Origin: a virus
Taxonomy: Duplodnaviria > Caudoviricetes
Virus record (IMG/VR): IMGVR_UViG_3300033067_002100
Location: 1 to 50,685 of that record
Length of the DNA: 50,685 bases
Strand: one strand, 5' to 3'
Numbering within the stretch: position 1 is the first letter of the stretch; each line of letters begins with the position of its first letter. The position numbers and the translations under genes are program-made. This document shows, one piece after another, positions 38,542 through 45,935 of the stretch. The notes under the pieces are model-generated. The model had not been told where the DNA came from and did not search any database. It was given only the letters and a program-made list of their open reading frames with translations.

Positions 38542-39299
38542 GCATCGGGGGGTTCTCCTTCAGTAAGAATGGCTGGCTGCGCGCCAGGTACGTTGACAGC
38601 CGGGCTGCCCGCAGGAACACGGCTCCGATAAACCGCCTCCCGTTTCAGGATCTTGTGAATTGTACCGACTTCGATGCGCGTGTTGTTACTCGTGCGGAAG
38701 CCGCGGGTGTGGACAACATCCACTATGTTTCTCAGGGAAGCTCCGGAGGACCGTAGTTGATGACAAAGGCGGACCAAATCAGCGCCACGATCGTCAATGG
38801 CCAATGCTCCACCACCCACGGAACGAAACCCAGTAGCAGCTCTACCACCCCGAAAACTCCCTCGGCGTTTGATAGAGGCCGCCTTCGCCTGCTTCATTCT
38901 TCCTAACCATTCTGCACGCTGAAATTCGGCGACACTACCGAGCAACTGGCGAACCAAGTTCCCTGTGGGTGAATCCTCAAGCTTAACGGTAGCGGCCACG
39001 ACTTCCACACCGGCCGCGGTGAATTGGGCATAGAGCTGCTCTGACACGACGAGCTTACGTGCAAAGCGATCAAGACGATCGACCACCAAGCGCGTGAGTG
39101 AACCTTGAGAGGCCTCCGTCAACAGACGCGTGATTTCTTCTCGGTCGGCAGTCGTGCCCGTGACTGTCTCAGAAACCCATTCATCGATCTGAACATTGTT
39201 GTGCAGCGCCCAAGCCAAGATGGAAATGCGTTGCTGTTCGATACCATTGCCAGCTTCCTGGCCCTTATCGGAGATACGCATGTAGGCGACTGTTTTCAT
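38511..39299 (-). CDS. Serine recombinase (resolvase catalytic domain plus short recombinase domain)
   Basis: AYMRIS..Q..G.EQQ, DRLDRFAR, VAEFQR, G.F.GG....GF; start set at ATG39299 from promoter geometry. Confidence 0.9.
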   Translation of the reverse strand: MKTVAYMRISDKGQEAGNGIEQQRISILAWALHNNVQIDEWVSETVTGTTADREEITRLLTEASQGSLTRLVVDRLDRFARKLVVSEQLYAQFTAAGVEVVAATVKLEDSPTGNLVRQLLGSVAEFQRAEWLGRMKQAKAASIKRRGSFRGGRAATGFRSVGGGALAIDDRGADLVRLCHQLRSSGASLRNIVDVVHTRGFRTSNNTRIEVGTIHKILKREAVYRSRVPAGSPAVNVPGAQPAILTEGEPPDACPTTVTTQP

Positions 39300-39333
39300 G
39301 CTTCCATTGTAGCGCAATTGGAAACGTTGTCAA
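39300..39333 (-). promoter_or_regulatory. Near-consensus sigma70 promoter, leaderless geometry
   Basis: TTGACA-16 nt-TACAAT-6 nt-ATG. Confidence 0.75.
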
Positions 39334-39341
39334 ATAGATTA

Positions 39342-40292
39342 TTATCTTACATTGGACATTAGAATTTTATGCTTGATGTTGGTGAGTCCGGCTGCATGAA
39401 CGCCAGAGAATACGTACCAACCCTGCGGCCGCAAACGCACTATCCCCTCTGCTTCCAGTGCGCGCATGTATTGGGGCCTGGACAACTCAAGTGGCGCAAC
39501 TGCCTTGGCAGATAGCAGTCGTGACATCAGTCGCTGCTTCGTGATCTGCAGCTTCGCACCTTGCAGTCGGTACGAGATGTCGTCAGGAACCACCGTTGGC
39601 ATGTGATAACGAAAATGTTGGAGCGTGGGCGACTCTTCCCAAAGCTTAACGCCAGCGGCCGCGATGGCCCGATGCTTAGAGGTTGTCAGCGCCTTTCCAT
39701 CAGCGATGGCTAAAGTCGCGTCCCAGGCCACCTTAGGAAGAAAATGTCCGCGCGCATCGCAAAGCTCACTTGACCAGGTAGGACCCAAAAATCCTGCAAT
39801 GAGCCATTCCGGCGCCCCAACAGCACGCAACATACTTCCGTAGGCATCTTGTGGAAATGCGAACACGCCCACTCGCTCCCGCGGTACCCACATGAATTGA
39901 TTGGAGATGCGATGCCACGTAGCGTTGCGCAGCATTATGATCGGCTTGTAGTTGGGCGTGTGGTACTTCTGCGTGCGTTGATGGCGAAGCATTGCCACCA
40001 TAGTTCTGCACAGCGTTTCGTCTGAGTACTGCCCGTTGTCGTCAAGTACGCCGTAGCACCGAGCTGTAGTTGAGACCGGGGGTAGCGCAGGTTCACCCTC
40101 GATACCGAGCTGCCGCAGGAGTGTAGTCTTCCCTACCCCGGTCGCCGCAACGAAAATCGATTCCTCTCGGACTCGCAAATCAACGCGCTGAGAAATGTCG
40201 ATGATTGGGGCGGCAGAAGGAAAAGAGCGAACGATCTGCGCAATGTCGCTGAACGTCTTGTCAGACGGCAGGAGTGTCAGCTGGTTGGTCAA
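39342..40292 (-). CDS. P-loop NTPase-like hypothetical protein
   Basis: IFVAATGVGKTT Walker A; GVLDD candidate Walker B. Confidence 0.55.
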   Translation of the reverse strand: MTNQLTLLPSDKTFSDIAQIVRSFPSAAPIIDISQRVDLRVREESIFVAATGVGKTTLLRQLGIEGEPALPPVSTTARCYGVLDDNGQYSDETLCRTMVAMLRHQRTQKYHTPNYKPIIMLRNATWHRISNQFMWVPRERVGVFAFPQDAYGSMLRAVGAPEWLIAGFLGPTWSSELCDARGHFLPKVAWDATLAIADGKALTTSKHRAIAAAGVKLWEESPTLQHFRYHMPTVVPDDISYRLQGAKLQITKQRLMSRLLSAKAVAPLELSRPQYMRALEAEGIVRLRPQGWYVFSGVHAAGLTNIKHKILMSNVR

Positions 40293-40638
40293 CTGCTTTT
40301 TGCTCCTGATGTTCGTCGACCACTTTGCTTGCTTCGCGCATTAGGTAGAGCACCTTCTTCTTCCACTGCGAAGGCACTTCCGACGCTACCGCGTTGATGC
40401 AGCGGTTAAGGTTTTTCTCGACAGCCTGTTGTACAGGCGTTGAAAACTGGAGCGTTTCCACAACGTGGAGAAATGCAGCCGCGGCCTCCAGTACAGCCGT
40501 CTGCGCATAGGCGGCATCCGCAATCGCTTCCTCTTCGGTGTTCACGTCATTGAAACGATTCGCGTTTGAAAGAATGGGCGGATCGATCTTTACAGTAGGT
40601 GCAGGACTATTAACTTTCGTATCGTCAGGAGTAACCAT
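40261..40638 (-). CDS. Hypothetical protein
   Basis: Helical 125-aa ORF directly downstream of the RNA block. Confidence 0.6.
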   Translation of the reverse strand: MVTPDDTKVNSPAPTVKIDPPILSNANRFNDVNTEEEAIADAAYAQTAVLEAAAAFLHVVETLQFSTPVQQAVEKNLNRCINAVASEVPSQWKKKVLYLMREASKVVDEHQEQKAVDQPADTPAV

Positions 40639-40694
40639 TTGTGTCTCTCATTGTGTGCAAACAGACAAGTTTGTCTGGAATGGGTTACAAAAGC

Positions 40695-40790
40695 GTTTGC
40701 CGCTTGGATTCGAACCAAGTCCTGCGCGTTATCAGTGCGCTGTGCGACCAGCTGCCTTCTACGGAGGACTTACAACCACACTCCGGCAAA
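40695..40790 (-). ncRNA. tRNA-Ile(GAU)-like RNA with a 24-nt insertion in the D stem
   Basis: Acceptor TTTGCCG/CGGCAAA; T arm CTTGG-TTCGAAT-CCAAG; anticodon loop CT-GAT-AA; D loop AGCTGGTC; 96 nt minus 24 nt gives a 72-nt cloverleaf; no encoded CCA. Confidence 0.7.
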
Positions 40791-40801
40791 CAAACACTTG
40801 T

Positions 40802-40851
40802 CTCTCCAAGGAGTCACACCACTAGGGTCCGTAGAACCCGGCCAGGTGTCG
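40802..40851 (-). repeat. Structured RNA motif, copy B
   Basis: CGACACCTG-[GCCGGGTTCTACGGACCCT]-AGTGGTGTGACT-CCT-TGGAGAG. Confidence 0.65.
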
Positions 40852-40903
40852 GCCATGCTGCATGTACGTCAAAGACGGAACTAACAGCAGAAAACAGGGC
40901 TTA

Positions 40904-40945
40904 CTCTCCAGCCAAAGTCACACCACTCTCGCGAAGCAGGTGTCG
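40904..40945 (-). repeat. Structured RNA motif, copy A
   Basis: CGACACCTG-[CTTCGCGAG]-AGTGGTGTGACT-TTGGC-TGGAGAG. Confidence 0.65.
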
Positions 40946-40951
40946 CTCGGT

Positions 40952-41065
40952 TGGGCTCAGCGGGATTCGAACCCACGAGAGTAGCCAACCTGTGCCCCAC
41001 CAGGGGACAACTCTTGGTAGCGGGAGAAAACCCAGCGACGTCTTCTCGTGCTGGGACATGAACCC
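40952..41065 (-). ncRNA. 114-nt tRNA-like RNA with expanded D and anticodon domains
   Basis: Acceptor GGGTTCA/TGAGCCC plus A73; U8; T arm GTGGG-TTCGAAT-CCCGC; internal hairpins CCCAGC/GCTGGG and CCCC-TGGT-GGGG. Confidence 0.6.
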
Positions 41066-41100
41066 AGTGGCTTGACATCTTCGCCCTTCCCGCGACGTTT

Positions 41101-41382
41101 TTACTTATCAATCCCCAACCCCAGACGCAGTTTGCGTGCATAGTCGCGCATCTGCTCGCGAGTCATATCATCACTGTCGAATCCGATGTCCCACGCGAAT
41201 TGCTCAAGCTTGCGAGACTTCCTCACCAACTCTCTGTTCAGTTGCATTTCGAACTCGCGCACCTGTTGGAGGATTTGGTACTTTCCTGCGTACTGCTTAT
41301 ATGCTGCGTTTTTAGTTCTCAATCCTCGCAACCGTTGCTTGACTACTTCGGGAAGCTCCATCTCGTCGGGCAGCAACTTCAT
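41101..41382 (-). CDS. Basic helical hypothetical protein heading the RNA-block transcript
   Basis: 93-aa ORF preceded by TTGGTT-17 nt (ending TGA)-TAAACT-6 nt-ATG. Confidence 0.65.
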   Translation of the reverse strand: MKLLPDEMELPEVVKQRLRGLRTKNAAYKQYAGKYQILQQVREFEMQLNRELVRKSRKLEQFAWDIGFDSDDMTREQMRDYARKLRLGLGIDK

Positions 41383-41445
41383 GTTATCAGTTTATCATAA
41401 AACATTACAGCAACCAAACGTCGCCGACCAAAATCAGCAAATGGT

Positions 41446-42267
41446 ATGCCCCTAGTAGACATCAACCGACCCGGCATCATTGTCCGCAACGTGATAGACG
41501 AGCTTAAACGTTGGACAAAGCACTCTAGTGAAAACACCGAGCGCATCAACAACAAGTTCTACGAGCTCCCGGCCGCCTACCAGACATTCACGCACGGCAC
41601 GCAGCAGGAAGTCCCCAACCCATTCTATCCATCCGTGCCGACCGGATTTCTCGTTACGAACACGAGCGCCTCAACATCTCCAAGTATCTCGTTCACTCCA
41701 GTCACCCGCTCGGGGTTCTGTGGAATAACGGCAAACTTTGCACGCCCAGCCGGGGTTGTGGACCTGCTACGAGCGGCCACTCAATCAATACCGAGCGCAA
41801 CATCCACACCCATTCAATGGACTTCAGACGAATTGTCGCTCACCTTGGTAGGTACAACAGCCACTAGCGGCGCGTTCTCGTATGACTATACAACGACTAC
41901 GGGCACACCTCCGACGAATAGCAAAATCACCTGCCTATCCTCAGGGTTTGTATTGGTAACTGCCTCTGGTGGTTTCGCTGCGAATGCGACAGGGCTCCGT
42001 GAGTTCTGGTTAGTAAAGAACAACGCAACCACTCCGCGATGGGCGGATACATTGTACCAGTCGCCACCCGTAACTACGGACATTCGATTCAACCTTAGTG
42101 CTGTTATTCAGGTCACCGCTGGTGATTATCTGCAGCTGTATTGTTACCAGGATAGTGGTGGCGCGTTAAACACCCTTGCGGGCACAGTTTCGCGATTCCA
42201 AGCGCGATACGTAGATGTGCCGACAACATACTCAGGCACGGTGCAAGGTTATCTACTCGGCCCTTAG
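41446..42267 (+). CDS. C1q/TNF-like jelly-roll domain protein, probable tail tip/receptor-binding protein
   Basis: QSIPSATSTPIQW, KITC.SSG..LVTA, SAVIQVTAGDYLQLYCYQDSG pattern; Thr/Ser-rich; lone + strand gene. Confidence 0.6.
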   Translation: MPLVDINRPGIIVRNVIDELKRWTKHSSENTERINNKFYELPAAYQTFTHGTQQEVPNPFYPSVPTGFLVTNTSASTSPSISFTPVTRSGFCGITANFARPAGVVDLLRAATQSIPSATSTPIQWTSDELSLTLVGTTATSGAFSYDYTTTTGTPPTNSKITCLSSGFVLVTASGGFAANATGLREFWLVKNNATTPRWADTLYQSPPVTTDIRFNLSAVIQVTAGDYLQLYCYQDSGGALNTLAGTVSRFQARYVDVPTTYSGTVQGYLLGP

Positions 42268-42539
42268 ACCTTGCAGGCAGGGCATACGTAGTTCGCCTGA
42301 ATAAACACCCGCTCGTACGCTTCGCACTTTGGGCACAACTCAGAATTGGTGTACGCAGGGATACTACTGCCTACTAAGGCCGCGGTAACCCTATCCTCAG
42401 GTTCCTGTTCTTCGTCAGGCTTGTCCTTTTGGTTCGGCGGCATCCACATCGAGTCGGAGAAAACCTTAGAGACAGCATCTGAACCATACACAGAGTTCAG
42501 GAACTCCAACACGCCGCTCACGTCTCCCTTGAGGCTCAT
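42264..42539 (-). CDS. Zn-ribbon hypothetical protein
   Basis: CPKC...CPAC. Confidence 0.6.
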   Translation of the reverse strand: MSLKGDVSGVLEFLNSVYGSDAVSKVFSDSMWMPPNQKDKPDEEQEPEDRVTAALVGSSIPAYTNSELCPKCEAYERVFIQANYVCPACKV

Positions 42540-42733
42540 AAAATTTCTCCTTCCGACATCGAGCGCTTTCTACGGGAGCCGCGGGTGTTTTCTTTGATGC
42601 GCGTAGTATAGGCAGCAAAAGCCTCTCGCATCTCGACATGGCCTCCGAGCGTAGGCGCTTCCCCCGTAGTGCGGACGTAGCGATGCAGCTCTTCCAGGAA
42701 GCGCGTCTCTAGTTCCTTAACCCCAGAATACAT
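42536..42733 (-). CDS. Hypothetical protein
   Basis: GGAGG SD; ATGA coupling downstream. Confidence 0.55.
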   Translation of the reverse strand: MYSGVKELETRFLEELHRYVRTTGEAPTLGGHVEMREAFAAYTTRIKENTRGSRRKRSMSEGEIL

Positions 42734-42989
42734 TAGTGATGCCTCCCTCGTTGCGGCGGTGCACAGCGCGGAGATCCTTATCGTAGACTGGCTCCCACCC
42801 TACGCGGCGACCTTTGCCGATCTTGCGGCAGAGCACTTCCGCGGAAACAGCGGATGCCTCACGGAATCGCAATTCAACACCGTCGACATTCAGCACATTC
42901 AGTCGACATAACGTCGTCACTGGCAGAATCACATAATCCTCGAGCTTAGGACCAAGCTGTAGCCGTGCCTCGTTAACGTGTTTTGTCAT
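42717..42989 (-). CDS. Hypothetical protein
   Basis: Preceded by TAAAAT-6 nt-ATG. Confidence 0.6.
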   Translation of the reverse strand: MTKHVNEARLQLGPKLEDYVILPVTTLCRLNVLNVDGVELRFREASAVSAEVLCRKIGKGRRVGWEPVYDKDLRAVHRRNEGGITNVFWG

Positions 42990-43016
42990 TCTAATATTTT
43001 ATAATACAACGATAGA

Positions 43017-43442
43017 TCATTCAAGGCATTTTGTTGCACTCATAACCAAAAGCTGGGTGAGTTCGGTTGTAACTCGTCTCCGCAGACTCACGGTTAGTCG
43101 CCCCCAGCTTCGTGTTTCGGGGTGCGTCGCCATAATGCCGTCTGGGCGATGGTCTAGCCCGAAGTAGTGTCCAAGTTCGTGAATGAAAACTGTGTAGAGT
43201 GTTGAGGGACTGAGACCGGGGCGGAGCGCAATGAGGTTACTGCGGCTGCCTCTTAGGTGGTAACCAACGGAATCGCGATCCGCAGGTCCAAATGCGTCGT
43301 CACTTATTACGATACGACGGCAGCGAGGACCGAATTTGCGCGCGACAACCACCCGGCTACTAACAACTGCGAAGTCGCGTAGAGCTTGTCTAATCACTAA
43401 GCGCTCCGAAGAATTGCCGCCGCAGAGTTGAAAGACCGTCAC
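43017..43442 (-). CDS. Metzincin (matrixin-like) Zn metalloprotease
   Basis: HELGHYFGLDH plus Met-turn GIM. Confidence 0.75.
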   Translation of the reverse strand: MTVFQLCGGNSSERLVIRQALRDFAVVSSRVVVARKFGPRCRRIVISDDAFGPADRDSVGYHLRGSRSNLIALRPGLSPSTLYTVFIHELGHYFGLDHRPDGIMATHPETRSWGRLTVSLRRRVTTELTQLLVMSATKCLE

Positions 43443-43741
43443 TACCTATTTGCGAGTTTGAGAATGCTCTCCTTCAGTGCGAGGAATTCCTGCTCGACGC
43501 GCTGCGCCTCTGGCAAATGCTCGACTTTCCACTCCTTGTGAAGTTCAGCCATTCTCCGGCCTATCGCGACCGCGATTTCAGACAAGATTTGATTGGTTTT
43601 GTAGAATTTACGCAGCCACTTTAGATTCGAGTCCAGGCGAAAATACACCCAGCAATCGTCGTGCCCACCACCGGGCTTTGTGTAGTCGAATGGGACCCCA
43701 CAGCATGGACACCCGTCAGGTGGTGGCATTGTGTGCTGCAT
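43442..43741 (-). CDS. Hypothetical Cys/His-containing protein
   Basis: CPCC...HDDC; promoter-like TTGACC-17 nt-TCAATT-6 nt-ATG upstream. Confidence 0.55.
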   Translation of the reverse strand: MQHTMPPPDGCPCCGVPFDYTKPGGGHDDCWVYFRLDSNLKWLRKFYKTNQILSEIAVAIGRRMAELHKEWKVEHLPEAQRVEQEFLALKESILKLANR

Positions 43742-43831
43742 GCCTGCAATTGAACACTTGTTCAGTACTTGGTCAAGCCGTCCTACTTTGAGACCGGGTA
43801 GCCGCGGTCCTGGTTACGGCGAATGCCACCT

Positions 43832-43993
43832 ATGACTAACCTTGAACTTGCTCTTGCCCTGCGTGATGCGATGAATGCCTACTTATGTAACCGCGGTCCT
43901 GAAACGCTTGTGCGGCTGACTGCACTGGAAACTGAGGCGCTGCAGCGCATCAGGAGCAGCTTGGCAAAGTTTACAGTTCACCAACTACTATAA
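43832..43993 (+). CDS. 53-aa helical hypothetical protein (not in ORF track)
   Basis: MTNLELALALRDAMNAYL...; fills an otherwise empty gap. Confidence 0.35.
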   Translation: MTNLELALALRDAMNAYLCNRGPETLVRLTALETEALQRIRSSLAKFTVHQLL

Positions 43994-44056
43994 ACCCAGC
44001 GTCCGACTTAGCTTCAATCTCATCGACTGTGTTGTAGGTCTGCGCGCTGTTGAGAT

Positions 44057-44302
44057 TCATGGCTCGTCCTTGTCGGCTTTTTCGATTGCCCCTAGGACAT
44101 AAATTTCATGACGACTCTCAGGAACGTCAGTGAAACCGAAAGTGGTTCGTAGTACACGTTCCGCGAACTCACGCGCTACCTGCTCTATTCGGTCCTCTAT
44201 TGCTAAGTCGTCCATAACAAACCCGGGTCCACGTTCTAGAAAGCCTTCGTTCATAGCGAACGCAAGTGCTGCCTCTTACGCTTTACGCTTTAGCCAGCTC
44301 AT
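44057..44302 (-). pseudogene. Paralog of 29708..29968 with a premature stop at codon 9
   Basis: MSWLKRKA*EAALAFAMNEG...VAREFAER...ADKDEP; TAA at 44276-44278 aligns with a Glu codon in the paralog. Confidence 0.6.
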
Positions 44303-44559
44303 TTCAGCACCACTTCCAGGTCTGATATTTCGATTTCGTCACCACACGGCCAGTCTTCGTCTGGTCCTCCAAGACCAAAGAACCTTGCCCGGTTACAGTC
44401 GCAGGAATAGTTGCCATCTTCCCACATGAAGAAGTTGAGCTTGCCGTCCTCATCCCGCCACACTGAACCAGCATCAGGACCGCGGTCTGGCTCTGTGTAC
44501 TCGCCGATTTGGTCTTTGTATCGCCACTTCATGCGGGCGCGGAAATGTTCCATGTTCAT
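44299..44559 (-). CDS. Hypothetical protein
   Basis: WEDGNYSCDCNRARFF motif; ATGA coupling. Confidence 0.7.
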   Translation of the reverse strand: MNMEHFRARMKWRYKDQIGEYTEPDRGPDAGSVWRDEDGKLNFFMWEDGNYSCDCNRARFFGLGGPDEDWPCGDEIEISDLEVVLK

Positions 44560-45044
44560 GGCTCACCCTTCGTCACACTACGCACCTTTAGCATTACGCG
44601 GTAAACGGCAGGCAAATCGGGTGATGTTTTGGCCGCCGATTCCAGCGCGCTCTGTGCTACCTGTGTCGCAATACAGTTTTTACAGCACGGAAATTCACCG
44701 ACACAAGCACAACCATCAGCGAGGTACTGCAGCTCTTTTTTCAGGTGTATCAATTCGAACTGCAGGTCATCAGTGAAGCGGTGTTCCGCGGTGAGGGCAT
44801 CACACAGCTTTGCGATTTCTTCCTTAGCCTTGCGCACCTCCGCCACGAGCCAAGGAATGTCCTCGCGAGCGTGCGCGATGAACTGGGCGTTGGGCTCATG
44901 GTCTCGTCTGAACTCATCAACGATGTATTCAAAAACACCGTCAGTAACAGACAGCCCATTTGAGTAGACGCAACCACTGCCAGAGGTCCACGGTCCGGGC
45001 GTGGCCTGCGCGGCGCGCTGCTCGATTTCGTCTAGGCGGCTCAT
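44556..45044 (-). CDS. Ead/Ea22-like phage protein
   Basis: LDEIEQRAAQATPGPW...NAQFIAHAREDIPWLVAEV; Cys cluster near the C-terminus. Confidence 0.7.
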   Translation of the reverse strand: MSRLDEIEQRAAQATPGPWTSGSGCVYSNGLSVTDGVFEYIVDEFRRDHEPNAQFIAHAREDIPWLVAEVRKAKEEIAKLCDALTAEHRFTDDLQFELIHLKKELQYLADGCACVGEFPCCKNCIATQVAQSALESAAKTSPDLPAVYRVMLKVRSVTKGEP

Positions 45045-45397
45045 GGCAACACCTCCAACGGTTCAATACCGAAACGGTTGCGCACCTCACGAACAGCGGC
45101 CTCATGTCCAGGCTGAGACCCCACCCAAACGCCGTCCAAATACAAATCAACCCCGCCCTGCTTAACCTGGGCTGTAATGGTGACTTGTTTCGCAAACGGT
45201 AGAACTGGGCAAGGTATCGGTGGGTACTTCGAAACACTCAGCCAGTTTCCTTTCAGCTTGCTCGTTACTTCTGAGCGGGAGCCGAAAAACCAGGTGTATC
45301 CTGTCTCCACAACACACACGAGCTGGCAGTTGTTTGATTTAGGATTGTAAAACCAGTGTGGTCCGTGTCCGGACGGTGCATCCATCCACTCGCTCAT
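45041..45397 (-). CDS. Hypothetical protein
   Basis: GGAG SD; ATGA coupling. Confidence 0.6.
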   Translation of the reverse strand: MSEWMDAPSGHGPHWFYNPKSNNCQLVCVVETGYTWFFGSRSEVTSKLKGNWLSVSKYPPIPCPVLPFAKQVTITAQVKQGGVDLYLDGVWVGSQPGHEAAVREVRNRFGIEPLEVLP

Positions 45398-45723
45398 TCG
45401 CCAATCTCCTTCAGTGCCTGCTCTGCCGTTATATAACCTTCGGTTTCGCAGTCTGTGCGCATAGCGATATACTTGAACTCCTTTTTCGCGAAGGCCAACT
45501 TCTCTTCCAGTTTTCGGTTGTGGTCTTCCACTCGGCGCATGCGTTCCCTTTGCTTGCGGTGCTCGTTAGCGTGAATGGATGCCGCGGCTAGTGCGTCTCC
45601 AAGCTCCGCCTCCACTCTGCGCAGCTCGTCGAACACCTTCACAAGCGTGTCGGAGCCCCAGTAGGAGGGGTTGTCCTTGCGGGCTGCCTTTTCCCATCGG
45701 GCGAGTTCGGCGGCGTCGATCAT
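45394..45723 (-). CDS. Coiled-coil hypothetical protein
   Basis: MIDAAELARW...; ATGA overlap supports start 45723. Confidence 0.6.
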   Translation of the reverse strand: MIDAAELARWEKAARKDNPSYWGSDTLVKVFDELRRVEAELGDALAAASIHANEHRKQRERMRRVEDHNRKLEEKLAFAKKEFKYIAMRTDCETEGYITAEQALKEIGE

Positions 45724-45935
45724 TTGCCACCCAGCCAAGATGCTATGCCGTAACTCACAAAAGAAATAACACCTCCAGGAAACATACCAAGTACGAACGC
45801 TTTCTTAACCAAAGCGCTTTGAGCCTTTAAACCGGATATCAATGCACGATTGTGCCGACACGATTGGCACAGAGTCGGGCTGCCTGGTTTACCGATGCAG
45901 GTAACACACTCGACAAAATCGGCGGCGTCAATCAC
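45720..45935 (-). CDS. Small Cys-rich protein with C-terminal hydrophobic helix
   Basis: CVTC..KPGSPTLC..C; GTGA overlap and AAGGAG SD support start 45935. Confidence 0.6.
   Translation of the reverse strand: MIDAADFVECVTCIGKPGSPTLCQSCRHNRALISGLKAQSALVKKAFVLGMFPGGVISFVSYGIASWLGGK

Noticed and set aside
40802-40945. Mini-CRISPR array or theta/HDV ribozymes
   Set aside because: Only two copies, with the variable part inside the repeat; no HDV nested-pseudoknot pattern found by eye.
40952-41065. tmRNA or a simple attP tRNA fragment
   Set aside because: No G3-U70 or tag ORF; the 5' acceptor strand is present and complementary, unlike a 3'-only attP remnant, and no tyrosine integrase is present.
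40639-41141. Track ORFs 40639..40884, 40641..41075 and 40881..41141
   Set aside because: No protein-like features; the region is better explained by the structured RNAs.
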